Assembly (NCBI RefSeq): GCF_003428155.1
Contig: NZ_QLIR01000001.1
Location: forward strand, 1-32,000
Source: Fastidiosibacter lacustris
GTDB taxonomy: Bacteria; Pseudomonadota; Gammaproteobacteria; Francisellales; Francisellaceae
Length of the DNA: 32,000 nt
Reading direction: 5' to 3'
Made by a program: the position numbers and the translations under genes. The notes below the pieces were generated by a model. It was not told the origin of the DNA. It made no database searches and saw nothing but the letters and a program-made list of their open reading frames with translations. Shown here one piece after another: positions 8,664 to 17,061 of the stretch (positions within the stretch are counted from its first letter, which is position 1; every line of letters starts with the position of its first letter).

Positions 8664-10240
8664 ATGGCGAAGAAAGCGATTAATAACAAAAAACAAAAGA
8701 GCTTTGAGGAAACCCTTTGGGATTCCGCGAACAAGCTGCGCGGCAGTGTTGAACCTTCAGAATATAAGCATGTGGTGCTGAGTTTGATTTTTCTCAAGTT
8801 CGCATCGGATAAATTTGAAGAACGCATGCAGGAATTGATTGATGAAGGTCAAGGCGACTATGTGGGTATGGTGGAATTCTATACCATGAAAAACGTCTTC
8901 TATCTGCCGAAGAGACCCGCTGGAGCTTTATCAAGCAACACGCAAAACAAGATGATGTTGCCCTGAAAATTGATAGCGCCCTGTTCTCAATTGAGAAAGT
9001 TAACAAGTCCTTAAAAGGAGCATTACCAGATAACTATTTCTCTCGCCTAAATCTAGATGTTAGCAAACTGGCTGCTCTCATTGACACAATCAACAATATC
9101 AATACGCTTGCTGACAAGTCGCAGGATATTGTCGGACGGGTTTATGAGTATTTCCTGAGTAAATTTGCTCTCGCCGAAGGCAAAGGCAAGGGAGAGTTCT
9201 ATACCCCCAAAAGCATAGTAAATTTGATTGCAGAAATGATTGAGCCCTACAAAGGCAAGATTTATGACCCCTGCTGCGGTTCGGGCGGTATGTTCGTCCA
9301 GTCCATGAAATTTATAGAAAACCACCAAGGAAACAAAAAAGACATCTCCATTTACGGACAGGAATATACTGGAGCCACCTATAAGCTGGCCAAGATGAAT
9401 CTGGCTATCCGTGGCATTGCCGCCAACCTTGGTGAAGTTGCCGCAAGCACCTTTTCACGTGACCAGCACAAAGACTTAAAAGCTGATTACATCATGGCCA
9501 ATCCGCCGTTCAACCAGAAGGATTGGCGTGCATCCGATGAGCTGACCGATGATTCACGCTGGTCAGGCTATGACGTTCCGCCAACTAGCAACGCCAACTA
9601 CGGCTGGATTCTGCACATGGCGTCCAAGTTATCAGAAAACGGCGTGGCCGGATTCATTCTGGCAAACGGCGCTCTCTCCGGCGACAACACAGAGAAAGAA
9701 ATCCGCAAGAAGATGATTAAGAATCACCTTGTGGAAGCGGTGATCATCCTGCCACGAAACATGTTCTACACCACTGATATCAGTGTGACGCTCTGGATCT
9801 TGAACAAAAATAAAAAGACCAGAACTGTTGAGCATGGCGACATTTCCCGCCACTACCGCGACCGTGAAGATGAGATTTTGTTTATGGATCTGCGTGAGAT
9901 TGGCGAGCCGTTTGAAAAGAAATTTATACAGTTTTCAGATGAGCATATACAGAAAATTTCCAGCACCTATCACACATGGCAGCAAACTCTCGCTGAGACG
10001 GAATACAAAAATATTCCTGAATACTGCTATTCAGCGAGTCTCGATGAGATCAGAACCAAGGACTATTCCCTCGTGCCAAGTAAATATATCGAGTTTGTAA
10101 ATCGGGACGAGAATATCGATTTCGATGAAAAAATGGCTGGCCTGCAGACGGAATTTACAGATTTATTGAAAGCAGAAGAAGCGTCAAAAAATGAACTGCT
10201 GAATGTATTCAGGGAGCTGGGATATGAGATCAAGCTATAA
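8664..10240 (+). pseudogene. hsdM: Type I R-M methyltransferase subunit HsdM, interrupted by a 1-nt frameshift near 8910
   Basis: The N-terminal part has the HsdM_N signature (LWDSANKLRGSVEPSEYKHVVLSLIFLKF). After FYLP the homology continues in the -1 frame: ETRWSFIKQH...GRVYEYFLSKFALAEGKGKGEFYTPKSIV. Motif I is DPCCGSGGMF and motif IV is NPPF. There are no stops in the second frame between 8912 and 10240. Confidence 0.85.
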
Positions 10241-11327
10241 AAGAATGGGTGACTACATTCGCAAAGTAGACAACCGAAACAAAGATGTTCTCGTTACCGA
10301 TCCTGTTTTTGAGATAGTCGATCACAATAAGGTACATCCCGAATATTTAATGATGTGGATGCGAAGGAGTGAGTTTGACCGATATGTGTTTTTTCGGTGT
10401 GACAGTGCCATTCGAGGAGGCTTCGGCTGGGAAGAACTATGTGATGTTGCACTCCCCGTGCCGACCATCGAAAAACAGCGGGAGATTGTGCGGGAGTACT
10501 ACACCATTGTTGACCGGATTAAGTTAAACGAACAACTCAACCAGAAGCTGGAAGAAACGGCACAGGCTATCTACAAGCAGTGGTTCGTCGATTTTGAATT
10601 TCCCATGTCTAAAGAGCATGCCGCCAAAATCGGCAAGCCGGAACTGGAAGGCAAACCCTACAAATCCAGCGGCGGCAAAATGGTTTGGAATGATGAATTG
10701 GATCAGGAGATTCCGGAGGGGTGGGAAAATGGAACAGTTGAATCATTTTCTGAATTAATCGACGGTGATAGGGGGAAAAGCTACCCCAGTCAGGGTGATT
10801 TTTTTGAAGAAGGACACTGTCTGTTTCTAAATACTGGCAATGTTACAAAAAGTGGGTTTGATTTTTCTTCTACTAGTTTCATAACTGCAGAGAAGAATAA
10901 TGCCCTAAGAAAAGGAAAGCTAAAGCGATATGACTCAGTTCTCACAACGTGTGGAACAGTTGGCAACTGTGCCTACTTCAGCGATGAAGTTGAGTATGAT
11001 CATTTAAGAATCAATTCAGGAATGATTATTATTCGTTCTCTTGATGTGGCTAAATATAAAGTATTCAACTATCAGCTACTAAAGAGCCCAATGATGAAAA
11101 ATGCGATATCCAGCTTTCTGTCGGGTTCGGCACAGCCACAACTCCCCATCAAAGACATTAGAAGAATCAACATTTTGAAGCCTGTGGATGCTTATATTGA
11201 AAAATCAATGGAGTTGATTGAGCCTCTTCAGAAAAATATTGATGGCAACAATAAGAATATTAGAAAATCAAAAGAGTTGTTATCGCTTCTTCTTTCCAAA
11301 ATGACAAAAGCGGAGGCAATTGCATGA
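10224..11327 (+). CDS. hsdS: Type I R-M specificity subunit HsdS (first TRD apparently shortened)
   Basis: The central conserved helix is LPVPTIEKQREIVREYYTIVDRIKLNEQLNQKLEETAQAIYKQWFVDFEFP, followed by a full-size second TRD and a C-terminal conserved helix. I chose the start at 10224 (RBS GGGAG 7 nt upstream), which overlaps the hsdM 3' end. Starts at 10203 and 10245 are also possible. Confidence 0.75.
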   Translation: MRSSYKRMGDYIRKVDNRNKDVLVTDPVFEIVDHNKVHPEYLMMWMRRSEFDRYVFFRCDSAIRGGFGWEELCDVALPVPTIEKQREIVREYYTIVDRIKLNEQLNQKLEETAQAIYKQWFVDFEFPMSKEHAAKIGKPELEGKPYKSSGGKMVWNDELDQEIPEGWENGTVESFSELIDGDRGKSYPSQGDFFEEGHCLFLNTGNVTKSGFDFSSTSFITAEKNNALRKGKLKRYDSVLTTCGTVGNCAYFSDEVEYDHLRINSGMIIIRSLDVAKYKVFNYQLLKSPMMKNAISSFLSGSAQPQLPIKDIRRINILKPVDAYIEKSMELIEPLQKNIDGNNKNIRKSKELLSLLLSKMTKAEAIA

Positions 11328-11464
11328 CGATTGCCGCCGGAACCATCAATTACCAATTAGGGACCGCACCGGTCACCGGATGCGGCTTCTCTTATTCTGC
11401 CGATGAGTTTGATACTGCATTGTCAGGTTCTGTCGCAGATTATGGATGGGAGGTTGGATTATGA
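11324..11464 (+). CDS. 46-codon ORF bridging hsdS and the RloC-like gene (hypothetical)
   Basis: The ORF encodes MTIAAGTINYQLGTAPVTGCGFSYSADEFDTALSGSVADYGWEVGL. Its ATG overlaps the hsdS stop (ATGA, 11324-11327) and its TGA overlaps the next gene's ATG (ATGA, 11461-11464). It is below the ORF-track size cut-off, and I recognise no homology. Confidence 0.35.
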   Translation: MTIAAGTINYQLGTAPVTGCGFSYSADEFDTALSGSVADYGWEVGL

Positions 11465-14016
11465 GCCAGCAATCGAAAACACACGCGAAAGATTACTTGG
11501 TTGATTTTTCACAAGATCAGTGTGACTGGTTAAAGTTGCTTATTTTCGAAGCAGTAAACACCAATGGTAAAATATCTGACGGAAAATTGGACGAGATTTA
11601 TTCCAACCTTAAAAGCGGGACAGCAGTTCAACAGCCGAGCCTCAACACACGTTCTGCATCGAACACTCAGATCATTTCAATAAAGAAGTTGGAACACATT
11701 AGTGGCGTTAATGCGCTGGCAGCCAACCAAACCATAAAATTCAGTGAACATGTAACCGTTCTTTACGGGCTAAATGGTGCAGGAAAAAGTAGCTATTTCA
11801 AGGTACTTAATGAGATTGTTGGAGGGAATGAACAAAAGGAGCTTCTGTCTAATATCCACGCAGATCAAAATCAATCAATTCAAGTAAAGCTGACCTACAA
11901 TAATGGCAGTAGCAAGGACTTGAATTTTGATAACACCCAAAGAGGTTTTGATGATCTGTTAAGGTGCAAGGTCTTTGATTCTTCTTATCTGGCGGGTCTG
12001 CTTTCGCAGCGCACTCAAGACGAAACTGTTTTAGAACCGTTGGGATTACATATTTTTAAATACATTGCTGACAAAATTGATGCGTTTAAGCTTCGGTTGA
12101 GAAACGATGCCGACCGATTAAAAGGAAGTAAACCATCAATCTCTCTTGAAAATGTCTCTGATCAATTAAAGGGTGAATTTGAGGCACATAATCTGTCAGA
12201 AGCATCAATTTCCTCAATGCGCAAGAAGTTTGTATTCACGGAGGAACAAGAAAAACAGCTTAAAGAAAAAACAAGCGAACGAACAACTCTGAGGCAAACC
12301 AATTATGCAGACCGCATTACTCTCTTGGAAATAGAGAATAAGGAAGTTAGACAGATTTATAATTGCCTGAAAAAGAAAAAACAGCTGGAGACGAAAGCTT
12401 TATATCTTCACGAATTACTGAAAAATAAAAGGGATAAGGAAAGTGCTAATAAGCAGGCATTGGAGAAGATCGCTATCCTCAAAGAGCTCCCTTTCTCGGG
12501 ATCTGCGGAGTGGAAAGGTTTTATTTCAGCCGGAGCGAAGCTAAAACAAAAGAGCAACACGGGCGGAGCAAACTGCATTTACTGCAATCAGCCATTACAA
12601 GATGATGCGCTCAGATTAGTTCAGGCATATTCGGAATATTTAGGAGATAAAACCGAGAGCGAATTAAAAAAAGCAACGGATGACTTAACCAAAGCCAAGG
12701 GGGAGGTTAATGCCATAGCGGTTTCGCTAAATGTTTCTGATAATTTCAGCCAGAAATACAAAGAGGCTCTTCTTGAGAACACCGGAACTTCGTTGACCAT
12801 CGCACTAGATGAAGCTCAAAGATCTCTTGAAGGCTTAAAATCTCATTTAATTGATTTGATTGATGGACAGATGCAAGAGCAACCCCGTGTTGAGGTAGCT
12901 CCCCAACTCTGTCTTTGGCTTGTTAGTAAGTATAAAGAAAATGCTCGAACTATTAGAACACTCAAGGCGGATGACACTCAAAAGAACGAAAAGATTAAAA
13001 CCTTGGAGAATGAGCTCAAAGTTCTCATGGAAAACGAATCCGTCTCTACGCAACAAGCAGAAATTGAGAGTTGGCTGAAGATCGATAAGGAAGAGAAGCT
13101 TCTAAGGGAAAAAGAATCCGAGATAAACACCAATTCCGTTACTCGCCTTTCAAATACAGCACATGACGAGCTATTAACCTCTGAATTGAACAAAGCCTTC
13201 AAAAATGAGCTTGATCAGCTCGGTTATAAAAACCTAGAAGTGAATTTAGTCAAAGCCGAAGGGGGCAAGGGCTCCAGTTCGACCAAGCTGATTCTTGAAA
13301 ACAGCGATTCCATTCATAGCATCCTGAGTGAAGGAGAACAAAAGGCAGTTGGCTTGGCTCTATTTATTGCAGAAGCAGTTGTTCAAAAATCGAAAGCACC
13401 GATAATTTTGGATGATCCGGTAAACAGTCTGGATCATAAGATTGCCGCCAATTTCGCAAACAGACTTCTTGCGCTAGATAATCAGCTCATAATCTTCAAT
13501 CACAATAGATTGTTTCAGGATGCCTTTGAAACTGCTAAGGCTGGGCATATATGCAAAACTGTCGACTCCGCCTGCAATAAACAGGGCAAGCATATTCTGG
13601 TTTACACTGTAAGCTCTGAGGGAAAGTCACGAAAAGGGGTTCTAAGCTTCTATCGTACCAACACCTTCAACGATCACATTGGTGAAGCAAAGCAAGAGCT
13701 ACAAAAATCACCCTTTACAGAGCATTCAAAAGTATCCGCCATACTGCGAAAAGCTGTGGAGTGTCTGGTTGATGAAACCGTTTTAAACGGTGTTACGCCA
13801 ACAAAGTATAGTAACAAGAATAGCAGGATTCCTTGGGATAAACTCACAGGCTTGAATTGTTCTTCTGAAAATATTGAGAAGATGAGAAAAGTCCACGATC
13901 GTGTTTCTGGAGGCGATCTACACAACGGCACAGAGTCGGAAAACAATCCTATTGATGTTGAGGAGTTTAACCGATTGGTCTCTGATTTGGAAAACGTCAC
14001 AGGAGGTGACTCATGA
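11461..14016 (+). CDS. AAA_13-type (PrrC/RloC-like) ABC/SMC-fold ATPase with coiled-coil CxxC hook; putative anticodon nuclease
   Basis: - Walker A GLNGAGKSS (11767-11793).
- A long charged, coiled-coil-like insert containing CIYC (12574-12585).
- Signature LSEGEQ (13324-13341) and Walker B IILDDP (13402-13419).
- C-terminal LRKAVE (R 13747, E 13759) followed by His residues at 13894 and 13921, as in the PrrC/RloC R-x3-E...H triad.
- Start placed at 11461 behind RBS GGAGG. Confidence 0.7.
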   Translation: MSQQSKTHAKDYLVDFSQDQCDWLKLLIFEAVNTNGKISDGKLDEIYSNLKSGTAVQQPSLNTRSASNTQIISIKKLEHISGVNALAANQTIKFSEHVTVLYGLNGAGKSSYFKVLNEIVGGNEQKELLSNIHADQNQSIQVKLTYNNGSSKDLNFDNTQRGFDDLLRCKVFDSSYLAGLLSQRTQDETVLEPLGLHIFKYIADKIDAFKLRLRNDADRLKGSKPSISLENVSDQLKGEFEAHNLSEASISSMRKKFVFTEEQEKQLKEKTSERTTLRQTNYADRITLLEIENKEVRQIYNCLKKKKQLETKALYLHELLKNKRDKESANKQALEKIAILKELPFSGSAEWKGFISAGAKLKQKSNTGGANCIYCNQPLQDDALRLVQAYSEYLGDKTESELKKATDDLTKAKGEVNAIAVSLNVSDNFSQKYKEALLENTGTSLTIALDEAQRSLEGLKSHLIDLIDGQMQEQPRVEVAPQLCLWLVSKYKENARTIRTLKADDTQKNEKIKTLENELKVLMENESVSTQQAEIESWLKIDKEEKLLREKESEINTNSVTRLSNTAHDELLTSELNKAFKNELDQLGYKNLEVNLVKAEGGKGSSSTKLILENSDSIHSILSEGEQKAVGLALFIAEAVVQKSKAPIILDDPVNSLDHKIAANFANRLLALDNQLIIFNHNRLFQDAFETAKAGHICKTVDSACNKQGKHILVYTVSSEGKSRKGVLSFYRTNTFNDHIGEAKQELQKSPFTEHSKVSAILRKAVECLVDETVLNGVTPTKYSNKNSRIPWDKLTGLNCSSENIEKMRKVHDRVSGGDLHNGTESENNPIDVEEFNRLVSDLENVTGGDS

Positions 14017-15440
14017 TCCCCTTCCACCCCTACGAAGACGAATGCACTGAATTCAAGCGGGAACTCACCGATACGCTGGAAAAGGAAGTCGTGGCATTTC
14101 TCAATTCCGCCAAGGGCGGGGACATCTATATCGGGGTGGAGGACGATGGCACGGTGGTTGGCGTTGACAATCCGGACAAGTTGCAATTGGCGATTATTGA
14201 TCGGATCAAAAACAATATTTTGCCGACGACCCTTGGCTTTTTTGATGTGGTTACACAGGAGATTGACGGCAAGCCGGTCATTAAGGTGATTGTTACCCGT
14301 GGACTCGAAAAACCGTATTACCTGAAAAAATACGGTATGTCTCCCGCCGGGGCGCACATTCGGGTGGGCACGGGAACGCAGCCGCTGACCACCGAGATGA
14401 TCGACCGCTTATATGCCACCCGCACGCGGGATTCGTTGCGCAATATCCCCTCGCCGCGAAAGAACCTGAGTTTTCATCAGTTCAAAATCTATTACGATGA
14501 GAAGGGTTTTACGGTAAACGATTCATTCCTTGAAAACCTCGACCTCTATGCCCCAAACGGCGAGCTGAATTATGTGGCATACCTTTTGGCGGATCAAAAC
14601 AGCGTCTCCATTAAAGTCGCCAAGTTTGCGGGACCAGACAAACTTGATTTGATTGAAAACGAGGAATATGGCTATTGTTCGCTCATCAAGGCGACTGAGC
14701 GGGTTCTGGATAAGCTGGAAATTGAAAACAGGACTTTTGCCAAAGTAACGGGCGCCGCCAGAAGGCTAGAGAAAAATATGATTGATAAAGCGGCACTGCG
14801 TGAAGCATTTATCAATGCCATCGTTCATAACGACTATACGCGGGAAATGACTCCGGTGGTGGAGATTTACTCAGACCGTCTTGCGATTGTTTCTTATGGT
14901 GGATTGGTGCAGGGATTATCCCAGGAAGACTTTTTTGCCGGGCGATCCATGATACGCAATCGTGAGTTGATGCGGGTTTATCGGGATCTGGATCTGGTGG
15001 AGCAATTAGGTTCGGGCATGGGTAAAATCCTTCGTGCTTACTCAAAGGATGTTTTTCGTCTCAGTGAGAATTTCGTAGAGCTTTGTTTCGAGTACGAAGA
15101 GGGATATCTGGAATCTCTAAAGGATGGAGAAAAGAGGGGTGAAAAAACGCGGGTCGAAACGCGGGTGAAAACGTCGGAAAAGAGTTCGGAAAACGCCGAT
15201 GTTTTTCGGAATGATTTCGGAATTATTTCGGAAAGAGTTCGGAAGGAGCTCGGAAGCAACGTAGCGAAGACCTTTGAGATGATCTATCAACACCCTGACC
15301 ATAGCGCTGAGGAGATTGCGGCGGAACTTGGTAAAACAGCTCGGACGATTGAAAACCACATAGCCAAACTCAAAGAAGATGGCGTGATTGTTAGGAAAGG
15401 TCCCAAATTAGGCGGCCACTGGGAGGTTGTAGATGAGTAA
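14013..15440 (+). CDS. AlbA_2 (Schlafen-like) / HATPase_c_4 / C-terminal winged-HTH protein (annotated in databases as putative DNA-binding or RecG-like ATP-binding protein)
   Basis: The N-terminus is AlbA_2-like ([40 protein letters not shown]). The middle is HATPase_c_4-like ([13 protein letters not shown]...[17 protein letters not shown]...[26 protein letters not shown]). The C-terminus is a wHTH ([41 protein letters not shown]). There are ATGA overlaps with both neighbours. Confidence 0.75.
   Translation: MIPFHPYEDECTEFKRELTDTLEKEVVAFLNSAKGGDIYIGVEDDGTVVGVDNPDKLQLAIIDRIKNNILPTTLGFFDVVTQEIDGKPVIKVIVTRGLEKPYYLKKYGMSPAGAHIRVGTGTQPLTTEMIDRLYATRTRDSLRNIPSPRKNLSFHQFKIYYDEKGFTVNDSFLENLDLYAPNGELNYVAYLLADQNSVSIKVAKFAGPDKLDLIENEEYGYCSLIKATERVLDKLEIENRTFAKVTGAARRLEKNMIDKAALREAFINAIVHNDYTREMTPVVEIYSDRLAIVSYGGLVQGLSQEDFFAGRSMIRNRELMRVYRDLDLVEQLGSGMGKILRAYSKDVFRLSENFVELCFEYEEGYLESLKDGEKRGEKTRVETRVKTSEKSSENADVFRNDFGIISERVRKELGSNVAKTFEMIYQHPDHSAEEIAAELGKTARTIENHIAKLKEDGVIVRKGPKLGGHWEVVDE
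15147..15259 (+). repeat. degenerate tandem-repeat tract: four 12-nt units followed by five 11-nt units with a TTCGGAA core
   Basis: The 12-nt units are ACGCGGGTCGAA, ACGCGGGTGAAA, ACGTCGGAAAAG and AGTTCGGAAAAC (15147-15194). TCGGAA cores then start at 15206, 15217, 15228, 15239 and 15250, exactly 11 nt apart. The tract lies inside the AlbA_2 gene linker. Confidence 0.8.
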
Positions 15441-17061
15441 GTTCACCGAAGCCAAACTGGAAGCAGCCATTATCGAGCTCTTACAGCTTGAAGGCTATGA
15501 ATATGTAAGCGGGGAAACCATAACTCGCCCTGAAAATGAAGTCTTACTCAAAGACGATCTGCGCAGCTATCTTTCAAGGCGTTATGCAACAGACCAGATA
15601 ACCATCGGTGAAATTGACTCGATCGTTCGCAAGCTGGAGGTCTTTTCCGCATCTGATCTTTATGAAAGTAACAAAGCCATCATGAAGATGGTCTCTGATG
15701 GCTTTTTGTTGAAGCGTGAAGACCGCAGCAAAAAAGATCTGTATATCCAGTTGCTGGATTATCGGGATCTTCCCGAACTGCGTGAGCCGAAGCCGACGGA
15801 GGTCGAAACCGTCGTTGCCGAGGAAGTTGCCCCTTATAACGCCACCCAAAACATCTATAAGGTGGTGAATCAGTTTGAAATCCTTGGATACGAAAAACGG
15901 ATACCTGACGGCATTATATACATCAACGGTTTGCCCTTGGTGGTTTTTGAATTCAAAAGCGCCATTCGTGAAGAAGCAACCATCCACGATGCCTATGTTC
16001 AGCTGACAACCCGGTACCGCCGGGATATTCCAGAGCTGTTTAAATACAACGCGATTTGTGTGATTAGCAACGGTGTCAATAATAAGGCCGGTTCTTTCTT
16101 TGCCCCGTATGAGTTTTTCTACGCGTGGCGTAAAACCGATGGCGCAGACCTTGTTGAGAAAGATGGCATTGATTCCCTCTACACCATGGTTAAAGGGATG
16201 TTCAACCTGCATCGGATCAGGGACATTATCCGAAACAGCATCCTGGCTCTGGACAAAGAACTGCAGGTGACCCCACTGCAGTACACCATCCAAAGTGGCC
16301 TCCAGAACGATCAGATCACCGATGGTCAACTCAGAAGCGGTGACGGATTCACGCTGACCAACACATCAGTCGAAACCCACAATGCCTTAATCCATTCCAT
16401 GGTCACCTATGATCTGCTTGGGAAAATTGCCGAAAACACTCAACTGACAAGAAAGACCGTAGCCGAGATATTGCGCGGCGTTCAGACGGCGGTTTTCAAG
16501 CAATTCAAACAGAACCCGGAGCATTTCATCGCCGAAGGCTCACGGCTTATCAATGAGCAGAAGGCCACGATCATCATCAAGCGGCTGAGCTACGACAACA
16601 TTGCCGAGACCCACGATATCGATATTTTCACCGCAGGCCAAAGCAAGCAGGACTTCACCAAGGCGAGCGAGAAGCTGAAGAACCACATCTATGACTACGT
16701 GATTACCGACTCCAAGGTTGAGCGGGAGTTTGTGAAAGAGCTGGATACCAGCACCGAGGTGGTCGTCTATGCAAAGCTCCCCAGAGGCTTCCTGATTCCA
16801 ACTCCCGTCGGCGACTACAACCCGGACTGGGCCATTTCCTTCAAAGAAGGTTCGGTCAAGCACATCTATTTCGTCGCCGAGACCAAGGGCTCCATGTCCA
16901 GCATGGAGCTTCGGGCAATCGAACAAACCAAAATCGAATGCGCCCGCAAGTTCTTCGCGGAGGTCAACCGCAAGATTGATCCCGAACACGTGAAATACGA
17001 CGTGGTAACTAGCTACGGGAAACTGATGGAGATTGTCGGCATGGGAGGGGCAAAAGCATGA
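15433..17061 (+). CDS. in-frame fusion: HsdR N-terminal PD-(D/E)xK nuclease domain + Type III Res-like C-terminal nuclease domain; helicase motor absent
   Basis: Residues 1 to about 270 are HsdR_N-like: [14 protein letters not shown], a D...EFK motif (D 15907, E-F-K 15949-15957), then [10 protein letters not shown]...FFYAWRK. From about 16245 the sequence matches Type III Res C-termini as I recall them: [74 protein letters not shown]. No Walker A, DEAH or helicase motifs are present. Confidence 0.7.
   Translation: MSKFTEAKLEAAIIELLQLEGYEYVSGETITRPENEVLLKDDLRSYLSRRYATDQITIGEIDSIVRKLEVFSASDLYESNKAIMKMVSDGFLLKREDRSKKDLYIQLLDYRDLPELREPKPTEVETVVAEEVAPYNATQNIYKVVNQFEILGYEKRIPDGIIYINGLPLVVFEFKSAIREEATIHDAYVQLTTRYRRDIPELFKYNAICVISNGVNNKAGSFFAPYEFFYAWRKTDGADLVEKDGIDSLYTMVKGMFNLHRIRDIIRNSILALDKELQVTPLQYTIQSGLQNDQITDGQLRSGDGFTLTNTSVETHNALIHSMVTYDLLGKIAENTQLTRKTVAEILRGVQTAVFKQFKQNPEHFIAEGSRLINEQKATIIIKRLSYDNIAETHDIDIFTAGQSKQDFTKASEKLKNHIYDYVITDSKVEREFVKELDTSTEVVVYAKLPRGFLIPTPVGDYNPDWAISFKEGSVKHIYFVAETKGSMSSMELRAIEQTKIECARKFFAEVNRKIDPEHVKYDVVTSYGKLMEIVGMGGAKA

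Noticed and set aside
11364-11385. Imperfect palindrome CCGCACCGGTCACCGGATGCGG after hsdS as a possible terminator or attenuator
   Set aside because: It has a bulged stem, no proper U-tract and a tiny loop, and it lies inside the 46-codon coupled ORF. It is not convincing as a terminator.
16261-16281. Two CTGCAG palindromes 9 nt apart (with GGTGACC between them) right after the HsdR-N/Res-C junction
   Set aside because: These are 6-bp palindromes that can occur by chance in 50% G+C DNA. I see no longer inverted repeat or other evidence that they mediated the fusion or reflect cloning. I note it only as a curiosity.
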